A DNA stretch of 64,000 bases. Origin: the human T2T-CHM13v2.0 reference genome, Homo sapiens. The DNA is taken from the NCBI RefSeq assembly GCF_009914755.1, contig NC_060948.1; one strand, 5' to 3'. A program made the translations under genes and the position numbers. Every line of letters begins with the position of its first letter. Position 1 is the stretch's first letter. Shown piece after piece: positions 43,494-64,000 of the stretch. The notes beneath the pieces are model-generated. The model did no database searches, was not told the origin of the DNA, and saw only the letters and a program-made list of their open reading frames with translations.

Positions 43494-45600
43494 AGATCCA
43501 TATTTTGTAAATGAAAAAAAATTTCAAAGGTACTCTGCTTGGTACAATAATCAAATGTATAAACTGAGGAATAAAACATAACCATGAAACCTACTTATAA
43601 CTGCATATGGAAAATACAGAGGATAATTTTTTAAATAACATATTTTGAAAGCCTTAACTAGTAATTTGAAGAGTTGGCATTTGAAAGGCCAGTATGAATA
43701 AACCTTCAAAGCAGCAACACAGGTTCCCCATGAGAAAAAGCAAACACAGGGAAAATAAAAACACAAAGGTTCAATCTCTTCTGACCTTTGAAAGACACAG
43801 CACAGACAGTGGTCCTTAGGACGAAGAGCAGGAGACCCCTAATTCCGTCACCATGGCGATAGGGCATAAACATTGCTGGGTGAGGGCACAATCCACATTG
43901 TGAGGTCCAACTGCTGCCAGGAAGACAGGAGTGCTTTTACATAGACCGAAAGGTCATTGAAGGCTCAGAGTTTTGTTTCAAGAACTGAATCCCAAGCCCA
44001 CACGTTATTAGGCTGCGCTTCTTAAAACAAGTTATGAGATGGGAAAAAGGGCACCCACAAACATACGTATACATTATGTATATAATAATATACTGTATCA
44101 TATATATAATATATATAACCTATGTATAATATTGTTTTACATCCTGCATCTTATGTTATATATATTGTATAAAATATAATAATTGATAATATATAAGTTT
44201 TATAATTATACAATATGACATATAGTATATATTATAATTTATGACATATATAATATATGTTATATATCATATATAGAATATATTATACGGTTAATATACG
44301 TATTAAATATAAATTATACCTTATATATATTATATATAATATATCTGTTATATATAATACCCATTATGCATAATATATATATTATGTCTATGTTATATAT
44401 AGTATAAAACAACATATTATAATATATAATTGTATATATAAAATGCGACATATAATATATATTATATTTTATAACATATGTAATATATATTATATATTAT
44501 ATATAATACGTTGTATGTATAATACCTATATTAAATATATATTATATGACTATGTTATTAATTACATGTCACATGTGTTATATATTATATATTTTACATA
44601 GAATATACCGGTTACATACAATATATACTATGTTACCTATAATGTATAATTTATTACATGTAAAATAAAGAATGCAATATATTATGTATAATTTATAATA
44701 TACAATATGTGGAATGTGACATATGTAACATATAATACATGATATATGATATACAGTATATGATATATAACATACAATATATGATTCCTAATATATATGG
44801 TATACAATATATATTTTATGATATGTATTCTATATGTTTTATATTCTGTTATATATAACTATTTGAAATTATATATAACTGTATAATATTTTATGTAAAT
44901 ATGTAATATAATATATATAACTATATAATATATTATATATAACTATATATTATGTTATATATACTTTTATAACATAATTTACATAAAATATCATAATATA
45001 ATATATATTATATTATTTCATATTACATAATATATATTACATATCACCCAATATAACTAACATACATAATATTATAATATAGATTATATTATGTTATATT
45101 AAATATCATATATATCATGTATCATATATTCTATAATATATATTACACATTATATAATATGTATGTTGTCTATTATGTGATATATATAACTCAATATATA
45201 ATTATATTTTTATACATATAACTAGATAAACATGTAATTCTACATATTTTCATTTATAATATGTAGAATTATATAATCATATATAATTATTTATATTCTA
45301 TAAAAAATTTTATCATTATATAAATTATAATATATAAAAATTATAATATGTACTACAAATATATATATATTATATATCATATATGATATAGTACCTTTGT
45401 TATATATCATAATACATATAAATGTGTATTATGTTATCTATAATTATATAATTTCATATATAAGATGTATAATATGTATCATATATTATATATGTTATGT
45501 AATATATATAGTATATATAAGATGACACAGGATAAATATTATATACTATGACATATAAAATATATGAGGTTACATGTTACATATAAGGCATAGCACATAA

Positions 45601-45915
<315 letters not shown>

Positions 45916-48022
45916 AGATCCATATTTTGTAAATGAAAAAAAATTTCAAAGTTACTCTGCTTGGTACAATAATCAAATGTATAAACTGAGGAATAAAACA
46001 TAACCATGAAACCTACTTATAACTGCATATGGAAAATACAGAGGATAATTTTTTAAATAACATATTTTGAAAGCCTTAACTAGTAATTTGAAGAGTTGGC
46101 ATTTGAAAGGCCAGTATGAATAAACCTTCAAAGCAGCAACACAGGTTCCCCATGAGAAAAAGCAAACACAGGGAAAATAAAAACACAAAGGTTCAATCTC
46201 TTCTGACCTTTGAAAGACACAGCACAGACAATGGTCCTTAGGACGAAGAGCAGGAGACCCCTAATTCCGTCACCATGGCGATAGGGCATAAACATTGCTG
46301 GGTGAGGGCACAATCCACATTGTGAGGTCCAACTGCTGCCAGGAAGACAGGAGTGCTTTTACATAGACCGAAAGGTCATTGAAGGCTCAGAGTTTTGTTT
46401 CAAGAACTGAATCCCAAGCCCACACGTTATTAGGCTGCGCTTCTTAAAACAAGTTATGAGATGGGAAAAAGGGCACCCACAAACATACGTATACATTATG
46501 TATATAATAATATACTGTATCATATATATAATATATATAACCTATGTATAATATTGTTTTACATCCTGCATCTTATGTTATATATATTGTATAAAATATA
46601 ATAATTGATAATATATAAGTTTTATAATTATACAATATGACATATAGTATATATTATAATTTATGACATATATAATATATGTTATATATCATATATAGAA
46701 TATATTATACGGTTAATATACGTATTAAATATAAATTATACCTTATATATATTATATATAATATATCTGTTATATATAATACCCATTATGCATAATATAT
46801 ATATTATGTCTATGTTATATATAGTATAAAACAACATATTATAATATATAATTGTATATATAAAATGCGACATATAATATATATTATATTTTATAACATA
46901 TGTAATATATATTATATATTATATATAATACGTTGTATGTATAATACCTATATTAAATATATATTATATGACTATGTTATTAATTACATGTCACATGTGT
47001 TATATATTATATATTTTACATAGAATATACCGGTTACATACAATATATACTATGTTACCTATAATGTATAATTTATTACATGAAAAATAAAGAATGCAAT
47101 ATATTATGTATAATTTATAATATACAATATGTGGAATGTGACATATGTAACATATAATATATGATATATGATATACAGTATATGATATATAACATACAAT
47201 ATATGATTCCTAATATATACGGTATACAATATATATTTTATGATATGTATTCTATATGTTTTATATTCTGTTATATATAACTATTTGAAATTATATATAA
47301 CTGTATAATATTTTATGTAAATATGTAATATAATATATATAACTATATAATATATTATATATAACTATATATTATGTTATATATACTTTTATAACATAAT
47401 TTACATAAAATATCATAATATAATATATATTATATTATTTCATATTACATAATATATATTACATATCACCCAATATAACTAACATACATAATATTATAAT
47501 ATAGATTATATTATGTTATATTAAATATCATATATATCATGTATCATATATTCTATAATATATATTACACATTATATAATATGTATGTTGTCTATTATGT
47601 GATATATATAACTCAATATATAATTATATTTTTATACATATAACTAGATAAACATGTAATTCTACATATTTTCATTTATAATATGTAGAATTATATAATC
47701 ATATATAATTATTTATATTCTATAAAAAATTTTATCATTATATAAATTATAATATATAAAAATTATAATATGTACTACAAATATATATATATTATATATC
47801 ATATATGATATAGTACCTTTGTTATATATCATAATACATATAAATGTGTATTATGTTATCTATAATTATATAATTTCATATATAAGATGTATAATATGTA
47901 TCATATATTATATATGTTATGTAATATATATAGTATATATAAGATGACACAGGATAAATATTATATACTATGACATATAAAATATATGAGGTTATATGTT
48001 ACATATAAGGCATAGCACATAA

Positions 48023-48337
<315 letters not shown>

Positions 48338-50451
48338 AGATCCATATTTTGTAAATGAAAAAAAATTTCAAAGGTACTCTGCTTGGTACAATAATCAAAT
48401 GTATAAACTGAGGAATAAAACATAACCATGAAACCTACTTATAACTGCATATGGAAAATACAGAGGATAATTTTTTAAATAACATATTTTGAAAGCCTTA
48501 ACTAGTAATTTGAAGAGTTGGCATTTGAAAGGCCAGTATGAATAAACCTTCAAAGCAGCAACACAGGTTCCCCATGAGAAAAAGCAAACACAGGGAAAAT
48601 AAAAACACAAAGGTTCAATCTCTTCTGACCTTTGAAAGACACAGCACAGACAGTGGTCCTTAGGACGAAGAGCAGGAGACCCCTAATTCCGTCACCATGG
48701 CGATAGGGCATAAACATTGCTGGGTGAGGGCACAATCCACATTGTGAGGTCCAACTGCTGCCAGGAAGACAGGAGTGCTTTTACATAGACCGAAAGGTCA
48801 TTGAAGGCTCAGAGTTTTGTTTCAAGAACTGAATCCCAAGCCCACACGTTATTAGGCTGCGCTTCTTAAAACAAGTTATGAGATGGGAAAAAGGGCACCC
48901 ACAAACATACGTATACATTATGTATATAATAATATACTGTATCATATATATAATATATATAACCTATGTATAATATTGTTTTACATCCTGCATCTTATGT
49001 TATATATATTGTATAAAATATAATAATTGATAATATATAAGTTTTATAATTATACAATATGACATATAGTATATATTATAATTTATGACATATATAATAT
49101 ATGTTATATATCATATATAGAATATATTATACGGTTAATATACGTATTAAATATAAATTATACCTTATATATATTATATATAATATATCTGTTATATATA
49201 ATACCCATTATGCATAATATATATATTATGTCTATGTTATATATAGTATAAAACAACATATTATAATATATAATTGTATATATAAAATGCGACATATAAT
49301 ATATATTATATTTTATAACATATGTAATATATATTATATATTATATATAATACGTTGTATGTATAATACCTATATTAAATATATATTATATGACTATGTT
49401 ATTAATTACATGTCACATGTGTTATATATTATATATTTTACATAGAATATACCGGTTACATACAATATATACTATGTTACCTATAATGTATAATTTATTA
49501 CATGTAAAATAAAGAATGCAATATATTATGTATAATTTATAATATACAATATGTGGAATGTGACATATGTAACATATAATACATGATATATGATATACAG
49601 TATATGATATATAACATACAATATATGATTCCTAATATATATGGTATACAATATATATTTTATGATATGTATTCTATATGTTTTATATTCTGTTATATAT
49701 AACTATTTGAAATTATATATAACTGTATAATATTTTATGTAAATATGTAATATAATATATATAACTATATAATATATTATATATAACTATATATTATGTT
49801 ATATATACTTTTATAACATAATTTACATAAAATATCATAATATAATATATACTATATTATTTCATATTACATAATATATATTACATATCACCCAATATAA
49901 CTAACATACATAATATTATAATATAGATTATATTATGTTATATTAAATATCATATATATCATGTATCATATATTCTATAATATATATTACACATTATATA
50001 ATATGTATGTTGTCTATTATGTGATATATATAACTCAATATATAATTATATTTTTATACATATAACTAGATAAACATGTAATTCTACATATTTTCATTTA
50101 TAATATGTAGAATTATATAATCATATATAATTATTTATATTCTATAAAAAATTTTATCATTATATAAATTATAATATATAAAAATTATAATATGTACTAC
50201 AAATATATATATATTATATATCATATATGATATAGTACCTTTGTTATATATCATAATACATATAAATGTGTATTATGTTATCTATAATTATATAATTTCA
50301 TATATAAGATGTATAATATGTATCATATATTATATATGTTATGTAATATATATAGTATATATAAGATGACACAGGATAAATATTATATACTATGACATAT
50401 AAAATATATGAGGTTATATGTTACATATAAGGCATAGCACATAACATGTAA

Positions 50452-50760
<309 letters not shown>

Positions 50761-52867
50761 AGATCCATATTTTGTAAATGAAAAAAAATTTCAAAGGTAC
50801 TCTGCTTGGTACAATAATCAAATGTATAAACTGAGGAATAAAACATAACCATGAAACCTACTTATAACTGCATATGGAAAATACAGAGGATAATTTTTTA
50901 AATAACATATTTTGAAAGCCTTAACTAGTAATTTGAAGAGTTGGCATTTGAAAGGCCAGTATGAATAAACCTTCAAAGCAGCAACACAGGTTCCCCATGA
51001 GAAAAAGCAAACACAGGGAAAATAAAAACACAAAGGTTCAATCTCTTCTGACCTTTGAAAGACACAGCACAGACAGTGGTCCTTAGGACGAAGAGCAGGA
51101 GACCCCTAATTCCGTCACCATGGCGATAGGGCATAAACATTGCTGGGTGAGGGCACAATCCACATTGTGAGGTCCAACTGCTGCCAGGAAGACAGGAGTG
51201 CTTTTACATAGACCGAAAGGTCATTGAAGGCTCAGAGTTTTGTTTCAAGAACTGAATCCCAAGCCCACACGTTATTAGGCTGCGCTTCTTAAAACAAGTT
51301 ATGAGATGGGAAAAAGGGCACCCACAAACATACGTATACATTATGTATATAATAATATACTGTATCATATATATAATATATATAACCTATGTATAATATT
51401 GTTTTACATCCTGCATCTTATGTTATATATATTGTATAAAATATAATAATTGATAATATATAAGTTTTATAATTATACAATATGACATATAGTATATATT
51501 ATAATTTATGACATATATAATATATGTTATATATCATATATAGAATATATTATACGGTTAATATACGTATTAAATATAAATTATACCTTATATATATTAT
51601 ATATAATATATCTGTTATATATAATACCCATTATGCATAATATATATATTATGTCTATGTTATATATAGTATAAAACAACATATTATAATATATAATTGT
51701 ATATATAAAATGCGACATATAATATATATTATATTTTATAACATATGTAATATATATTATATATTATATATAATACGTTGTATGTATAATACCTATATTA
51801 AATATATATTATATGACTATGTTATTAATTACATGTCACATGTGTTATATATTATATATTTTACATAGAATATACCGGTTACATACAATATATACTATGT
51901 TACCTATAATGTATAATTGATTACATGTAAAATAAAGAATGCAATATATTATGTATAATTTATAATATACAATATGTGGAATGTGACATATGTAACATAT
52001 AATATATGATATATGATATACAGTATATGATATATAACATACAATATATGATTCCTAATATATATGGTATACAATATATATTTTATGATATGTATTCTAT
52101 ATGTTTTATATTCTGTTATATATAACTATTTGAAATTATATATAACTGTATAATATTTTATGTAAATATGTAATATAATATATATAACTATATAATATAT
52201 TATATATAACTATATATTATGTTATATATACTTTTATAACATAATTTACATAAAATATCATAATATAATATATATTATATTATTTCATATTACATAATAT
52301 ATATTACATATCACCCAATATAACTAACATACATAATATTATAATATAGATTATATTATGTTATATTAAATATCATATATATCATGTATCATATATTCTA
52401 TAATATATATTACACATTATATAATATGTATGTTGTCTATTATGTGATATATATAACTCAATATATAATTATATTTTTATACATATAACTAGATAAACAT
52501 GTAATTCTACATATTTTCATTTATAATATGTAGAATTATATAATCATATATAATTATTTATATTCTATAAAAAATTTTATCATTATATAAATTATAATAT
52601 ATAAAAATTATAATATGTACTACAAATATATATATATTATATATCATATATGATATAGTACCTTTGTTATATATCATAATACATATAAATGTGTATTATG
52701 TTATCTATAATTATATAATTTCATATATAAGATGTATAATATGTATCATATATTATATATGTTATGTAATATATATAGTATATATAAGATGACACAGGAT
52801 AAATATTATATACTATGACATATAAAATATATGAGGTTATATGTTACATATAAGGCATAGCACATAA

Positions 52868-53182
<315 letters not shown>

Positions 53183-55289
53183 AGATCCATATTTTGTAAA
53201 TGAAAAAAAATTTCAAAGTTACTCTGCTTGGTACAATAATCAAATGTATAAACTGAGGAATAAAACATAACCATGAAACCTACTTATAACTGCATATGGA
53301 AAATACAGAGGATAATTTTTTAAATAACATATTTTGAAAGCCTTAACTAGTAATTTGAAGAGTTGGCATTTGAAAGGCCAGTATGAATAAACCTTCAAAG
53401 CAGCAACACAGGTTCCCCATGAGAAAAAGCAAACACAGGGAAAATAAAAACACAAAGGTTCAATCTCTTCTGACCTTTGAAAGACACAGCACAGACAATG
53501 GTCCTTAGGACGAAGAGCAGGAGACCCCTAATTCCGTCACCATGGCGATAGGGCATAAACATTGCTGGGTGAGGGCACAATCCACATTGTGAGGTCCAAC
53601 TGCTGCCAGGAAGACAGGAGTGCTTTTACATAGACCGAAAGGTCATTGAAGGCTCAGAGTTTTGTTTCAAGAACTGAATCCCAAGCCCACACGTTATTAG
53701 GCTGCGCTTCTTAAAACAACTTATGAGATGGGAAAAAGGGCACCCACAAACATACGTATACATTATGTATATAATAATATACTGTATCATATATATAATA
53801 TATATAACCTATGTATAATATTGTTTTACATCCTGCATCTTATGTTATATATATTGTATAAAATATAATAATTGATAATATATAAGTTTTATAATTATAC
53901 AATATGACATATAGTATATATTATAATTTATGACATATATAATATATGTTATATATCATATATAGAATATATTATACGGTTAATATACGTATTAAATATA
54001 AATTATACCTTATATATATTATATATAATATATCTGTTATATATAATACCCATTATGCATAATATATATATTATGTCTATGTTATATATAGTATAAAACA
54101 ACATATTATAATATATAATTGTATATATAAAATGCGACATATAATATATATTATATTTTATAACATATGTAATATATATTATATATTATATATAATACGT
54201 TGTATGTATAATACCTATATTAAATATATATTATATGACTATGTTATTAATTACATGTCACATGTGTTATATATTATATATTTTACATAGAATATACCGG
54301 TTACATACAATATATACTATGTTACCTATAATGTATAATTTATTACATGTAAAATAAAGAATGCAATATATTATGTATAATTTATAATATACAATATGTG
54401 GAATGTGACATATGTAACATATAATATATGATATATGATATACAGTATATGATATATAACATACAATATATGATTCCTAATATATATGGTATACAATATA
54501 TATTTTATGATATGTATTCTATATGTTTTATATTCTGTTATATATAACTATTTGAAATTATATATAACTGTATAATATTTTATGTAAATATGTAATATAA
54601 TATATATAACTATATAATATATTATATATAACTATATATTATGTTATATATACTTTTATAACATAATTTACATAAAATATCATAATATAATATATATTAT
54701 ATTATTTCATATTACATAATATATATTACATATCACCCAATATAACTAACATACATAATATTATAATATAGATTATATTATGTTATATTAAATATCATAT
54801 ATATCATGTATCATATATTCTATAATATATATTACATATTATATAATATGTATGTTGTCTATTATGTGATATATATAACTCAATATATAATTATATTTTT
54901 ATACATATAACTAGATAAACATGTAATTCTACATATTTTCATTTATAATATGTAGAATTATATAATCATATATAATTATTTATATTCTATAAAAAATTTT
55001 ATCATTATATAAATTATAATATATAAAAATTATAATATGTACTACAAATATATATATATTATATATCATATATGATATAGTACCTTTGTTATATATCATA
55101 ATACATATAAATGTGTATTATGTTATCTATAATTATATAATTTCATATATAAGATGTATAATATGTATCATATATTATATATGTTATGTAATATATATGG
55201 TATATATAAGATGACACAGGATAAATATTATATACTATGACATATAAAATATATGAGGTTATATGTTACATATAAGGCATAGCACATAA

Positions 55290-55604
<315 letters not shown>

Positions 55605-57711
55605 AGATCCATATTTTGTAAATGAAAAAAAATTTCAAAGGTACTCTGCTTGGTACAATAATCAAATGTATAAACTGAGGAATAAAACATAACCATGAAA
55701 CCTACTTATAACTGCATATGGAAAATACAGAGGATAATTTTTTAAATAACATATTTTGAAAGCCTTAACTAGTAATTTGAAGAGTAGGCATTTGAAAGGC
55801 CACTATGAATAAACCTTCAAAGCAGCAACACAGGTTCCCCATGAGAAAAAGCAAACACAGGGAAAATAAAAACACAAAGGTTCAATCTCTTCTGACCTTT
55901 GAAAGACACAGCACAGACAGTGGTCCTTAGGACGAAGAGCAGGAGACCCCTAATTCCGTCACCATGGCGATAGGGCATAAACATTGCTGGGTGAGGGCAC
56001 AATCCACATTGTGAGGTCCAACTGCTGCCAGGAAGACAGGAGTGCTTTTACATAGACCGAAAGGTCATTGAAGGCTCAGAGTTTTGTTTCAAGAACTGAA
56101 TCCCAAGCCCACACGTTATTAGGCTGCGCTTCTTAAAACAACTTATGAGATGGGAAAAAGGGCACCCACAAACATACGTATACATTATGTATATAATAAT
56201 ATACTGTATCATATATATAATATATATAACCTATGTATAATATTGTTTTACATCCTGCATCTTATGTTATATATATTGTATAAAATATAATAATTGATAA
56301 TATATAAGTTTTATAATTATACAATATGACATATAGTATATATTATAATTTATGACATATATAATATATGTTATATATCATATATAGAATATATTATACG
56401 GTTAATATACGTATTAAATATAAATTATACCTTATATATATTATATATAATATATCTGTTATATATAATACCCATTATGCATAATATATATATTATGTCT
56501 ATGTTATATATAGTATAAAACAACATATAATAATATATAATTGTATATATAAAATGCGACATATAATATATATTATATTTTATAACATATGTAATATATA
56601 TTATATATTATATATAATACGTTGTATGTATAATACCTATATTAAATATATATTATATGACTATGTTATTAATTACATGTCACATGTGTTATATATTATA
56701 TATTTTACATAGAATATACCGGTTACATACAATATATACTATGTTACCTATAATGTATAATTTATTACATGTAAAATAAAGAATGCAATATATTATGTAT
56801 AATTTATAATATACAATATGTGGAATGTGACATATGTAACATATAATATATGATATATGATATACAGTATATGATATATAACATACAATATATGATTCCT
56901 AATATATATGGTATACAATATATATTTTATGATATGTATTCTATATGTTTTATATTCTGTTATATATAACTATTTGAAATTATATATAACTGTATAATAT
57001 TTTATGTAAATATGTAATATAATATATATAACTATATAATATATTATATATAACTATATATTATGTTATATATACTTTTATAACATAATTTACATAAAAT
57101 ATCATAATATAATATATATTATATTATTTCATATTACATAATATATATTACATATCACCCAATATAACTAACATACATAATATTATAATATAGATTATAT
57201 TATGTTATATTAAATATCTTATATATCATGTATCATATATTCTATAATATATATTACACATTATATAATATGTATGTTGTCTATTATGTGATATATATAA
57301 CTCAATATATAATTATATTTTTATACATATAACTAGATAAACATGTAATTCTACATATTTTCATTTATAATATGTAGAATTATATAATCATATATAATTA
57401 TTAATATTCTATAAAAAATTTTATCATTATATAAATTATAATATATAAAAATTATAATATGTACTACAAATATATATATATTATATATCATATATGATAT
57501 AGTACCTTTGTTATATATCATAATACATATAAATGTGTATTATGTTATCTATAATTATATAATTTCATATATAAGATGTATAATATGTATCATATATTAT
57601 ATATGTTATGTAATATATATGGTATATATAAGATGACACAGGATAAATATTATATACTATGACATATAAAATATATGAGGTTATATGTTACATATAAGGC
57701 ATAGCACATAA

Positions 57712-58026
<315 letters not shown>

Positions 58027-60131
58027 AGATCCATATTTTGTAAATGAAAAAAAATTTCAAAGGTACTCTGCTTGGTACAATAATCAAATGTATAAACTGA
58101 GGAATAAAACATAACCATGAAACCTACTTATAACTGCATATGGAAAATACAGAGGATAATTTTTTAAATAACATATTTTGAAAGCCTTAACTAGTAATTT
58201 GAAGAGTTGGCATTTGAAAGGCCAGTATGAATAAACCTTCAAAGCAGCAACACAGGTTCCCCATGAGAAAAAGCAAACACAGGGAAAATAAAAACACAAA
58301 GGTTCAATCTCTTCTGACCTTTGAAAGACACAGCACAGACAGTGGTCCTTAGGACGAAGAGCAGGAGACCCCTAATTCCGTCACCATGGCGATAGGGCAT
58401 AAACATTGCTGGGTGAGGGCACAATCCACATTGTGAGGTCCAACTGCTGCCAGGAAGACAGGAGTGCTTTTACATAGACCGAAAGGTCATTGAAGGCTCA
58501 GAGTTTTGTTTCAAGAACTGAATCCCAAGCCCACACGTTATTAGGCTGCGCTTCTTAAAACAACTTATGAGATGGGAAAAAGGGCACCCACAAACATACG
58601 TATACATTATGTATATAATAATATACTGTATCATATATATAATATATATAACCTATGTATAATATTGTTTTACATCCTGCATCTTATGTTATATATATTG
58701 TATAAAATATAATAATTGATAATATATAAGTTTTATAATTATACAATATGACATATAGTATATATTATAATTTATGACATATATAATATATGTTATATAT
58801 CATATATAGAATATATTATACGGTTAATATACGTATTAAATATAAATTATACCTTATATATATTATATATAATATATCTGTTATATATAATACCCATTAT
58901 GCATAATATATATATTATGTCTATGTTATATATAGTATAAAACAACATATAATAATATATAATTGTATATATAAAATGCGACATATAATATATATTATAT
59001 TTTATAACATATGTAATATATATTATATATTATATATAATACGTTGTATGTATAATACCTATATTAAATATATATTATATGACTATGTTATTAATTACAT
59101 GTCACATGTGTTATATATTATATATTTTACATAGAATATACCGGTTACATACAATATATACTATGTTACCTATAATGTATAATTGATTACATGTAAAATA
59201 AAGAATGCAATATATTATGTATAATTTATAATATACAATATGTGGAATGTGACATATGTAACATATAATATATGATATATGATATACAGTATATGATATA
59301 TAACATACAATATATGATTCCTAATATATATGGTATACAATATATATTTTATGATATGTATTCTATATGTTTTATATTCTGTTATATATAACTATTTGAA
59401 ATTATATATAACTGTATAATATTTTATGTAAATATGTAATATAATATATATAACTATATAATATATTATATATAACTATATATTATGTTATATATACTTT
59501 TATAACATAATTTACATAAAATATCATAATATAATATATATTATATTATTTCATATTACATAATATATATTACATATCACCCAATATAACTAACATACAT
59601 AATATTATAATATAGATTATATTATGTTATATTAAGTATCATATATATCATGTATCATATATTCTATAATATATATTACACATTATATAATATGTATGTT
59701 GTCTATTACGTGATATATATAACTCAATATATAATTATATTTTTATACATATAACTAGATAAACATGTAATTCTACATATTTTCATTTATAATATGTAGA
59801 ATTATATAATCATATATAATTATTTATATTCTATAAAAAATTTTATCATTATATAAATTATAATATATAAAAATTATAATATGTACTACAAATATATATA
59901 TTATATATCATATATGATATAGTACCTTTGTTATATATCATAATACATATAAATGTGTATTATGTTATCTATAATTATATAATTTCATATATAAGATGTA
60001 TAATATGTATCATATATTATATATGTTATGTAATATATATAGTATATATAAGATGACACAGGATAAATATTATATACTATGACATATAAAATATATGAGG
60101 TTATATGTTACATATAAGGCATAGCACATAA

Positions 60132-60446
<315 letters not shown>

Positions 60447-62553
60447 AGATCCATATTTTTTAAATGAAAAAAAATTTCAAAGGTACTCTGCTTGGTACAA
60501 TAATCAAATGTATAAACTGAGGAATAAAACATAACCATGAAACCTACTTATAACTGCATATGGAAAATACAGAGGATAATTTTTTAAATAACATATTTTG
60601 AAAGCCTTAACTAGTAATTTGAAGAGTTGGCATTTGAAAGGCCAGTATGAATATACCTTCAAAGCAGCAACACAGGTTCCCCATGAGAAAAAGCAAACAC
60701 AGGGAAAATAAAAACACAAAGGTTCAATCTCTTCTGACCTTTGAAAGACACAGCACAGACAGTGGTCCTTAGGACGAAGAGCAGGAGACCCCTAATTCCG
60801 TCACCATGGCGATAGGGCATAAACATTGCTGGGTGAGGGCACAATCCACATTGTGAGGTCCAACTGCTGCCAGGAAGACAGGAGTGCTTTTACATAGACC
60901 GAAAGGTCATTGAAGGCTCAGAGTTTTGTTTCAAGAACTGAATCCCAAGCCCACACGTTATTAGGCTGCGCTTCTTAAAACAAGTTATGAGATGGGAAAA
61001 AGGGCACCCACAAACATACGTATACATTATGTATATAATAATATACAGTATCATATATATAATATATATAACCTATGTATAATATTGTTTTACATCCTGC
61101 ATCTTATGTTATATATATTGTATAAAATATAATAATTGATAATATATAAGTTTTATAATTATACAATATGACATATAGTATATATTATAATTGATGACAT
61201 ATATAATATATGTTATATATCATATATAGAGTATATTATACGGTTAATATACGTATTAAATATAAATTATACCTTATACATATTATATATAATATATCTG
61301 TTATATATAATACCCATTATGCATAATATATATATTATGTCTATGTTATATATAGTATAAAACAACATATAATAATATATAATTGTATATATAAAATGCG
61401 ACATATAATATATATTATATTTTATAACATATGTAATATATATCATATATTATATATAATACGTTGTATGTATAATACCTATATTAAATATATATTATAT
61501 GACTATGTTATTAATTACATGTCACATGTGTTATATATTATATATTTTACATAGAATATACCGGTTACATACAATATATACTATGTTACCTATAATGTAT
61601 AATTTATTACATGTAAAATAAAGAATGCAATATATTATGTATAATTTATAATATACAATATGTGGAATGTGACATATGTAACATATAATATATGATATAT
61701 GATATACAGTATATGATATATAACATACAATATATGATTCCTAATATATATGGTATACAATATATATTTTATGATATGTATTCTATATGTTTTATATTCT
61801 GTTATATATAACTATTTGAAATTATATATAACTGTATAATATTTTATGTAAATATGTAATATAATATATATAACTATATAATATATTATATATAACTATA
61901 TATTATGTTATATATACTTTTATAACATAATTTACATAAAATATCATAATATAATATATATTATATTATTTCATATTACATAATATATATTACATATCAC
62001 CCAATATAACTAACATACATAATATTATAATATAGATTATATTATGTTATATTAAATATCATATATATCATGTATCATATATTCTATAATATATATTACA
62101 CATTATATAATATGTATGTTGTCTATTATGTGATATATATAACTATATATATAATTATATTTTTATACATATAACTAGATAAACATGTAATTCTACATAT
62201 TTTCATTTGTAATATGTAGAATTATATAATCATATATAATTATTTATATTCTATAAAAAATTTTATCATTATATAAATTATAATATATAAAAATTATAAT
62301 ATGTACTACAAATATATATATATTATATATCATATATGATATAGTACCTTTGTTATATATCATAATACATATAAATGTGTATTATGTTATCTATAATTAT
62401 ATAATTTCATATATAAGATGTATAATATGTATCATATATTATATATGTTATGTAATATATATAGTATATATAAGATGACACAGGATAAATATTATATACT
62501 ATGACATATAAAATATATGAGGTTATATGTTACATATAAGGCATAGCACATAA

Positions 62554-62868
<315 letters not shown>

Positions 62869-64000
62869 AGATCCGTATTTTTTAAATGAAAAAAAATTTC
62901 AAAGGTACTCTGCTTGGTACAATAATCAAATGTATAAACTGAGGAATAAAACATAACCATGAAACCTACTTATAACTGCATATGGAAAATACAGAGGATA
63001 ATTTTTTAAATAACATATTTTGAAAGCCTTAACTAGTAATTTGAAGAGTTGGCATTTGAAAGGCCAGTATGAATATACCTTCAAAGCAGCAACACAGGTT
63101 CCCCATGAGAAAAAGCAAACACAGGGAAAATAAAAACACAAAGGTTCAATCTCTTCTGACCTTTGAAAGACACAGCACAGACAGTGGTCCTTAGGACGAA
63201 GAGCAGGAGACCCCTAATTCCGTCACCATGGCGATAGGGCATAAACATTGCTGGGTGAGGGCACAATCCACATTGTGAGGTCCAACTGCTGCCAGGAAGA
63301 CAGGAGTGCTTTTACATAGACCGAAAGGTCATTGAAGGCTCAGAGTTTTGTTTCAAGAACTGAATCCCAAGCCCACACGTTATTAGGCTGCGCTTCTTAA
63401 AACAAGTTATGAGATGGGAAAAAGGGCACCCACAAACATACGTATACATTATGTATATAATAATATACAGTATCATATATATAATATATATAACCTATGT
63501 ATAATATTGTTTTACATCCTGCATCTTATGTTATATATATTGTATAAAATATAATAATTGATAATATATAAGTTTTATAATTATACAATATGACATATAG
63601 TATATATTATAATTTATGACATATATAATATATGTTATATGTCATATATAGAATATATTATACGGTTAATATACGTATTAAATATAAATTATACATTATA
63701 TATATTATATATAATATATCTGTTATATATAATACCCATTATGCATAATATATATATTATGTCTATGTTATATATAGTATAAAACAACATATAATAATAT
63801 ATAATTGTATATATAAAATGCGACATATAATATATATTATATTTTATAACATATGTAATATATATCATATATTATATATAATACGTTGTATGTATAATAC
63901 CTATATTAAATATATATTATATGACTATGTTATTAATTACATGTCACATGTGTTATATATTATATATTTTACATAGAATATACCGGTTACATGCAATATA

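Overview
The whole 64 kb window is one uninterrupted head-to-tail tandem array of a ~2.42 kb composite monomer: 26 complete copies plus a partial 27th. Copies U1-U27 start at 1, 2418, 4838, 7256, 9676, 12096, 14516, 16936, 19356, 21774, 24194, 26614, 29034, 31454, 33869, 36291, 38713, 41135, 43557, 45979, 48401, 50824, 53246, 55668, 58090, 60510 and 62932. Each monomer has a ~570 bp moderate-GC segment (HSATI-type), a ~1.55 kb extremely AT-rich low-complexity segment and a ~292 bp diverged minus-strand Alu. This architecture, the 2.42 kb period and a predicted ~2.14 kb HaeIII fragment match the human DYZ2/HSat1B satellite, most likely from Yq12 heterochromatin. There are no credible genes; all listed ORFs are repeat artefacts. 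I found no new gene system. The informative structure is in the variants between copies: two monomer subtypes in blocks, chimeric junction copies, nested dimer and trimer duplications, and an apparent excess of CpG-creating over CpG-destroying variants. All comparisons were made by eye.
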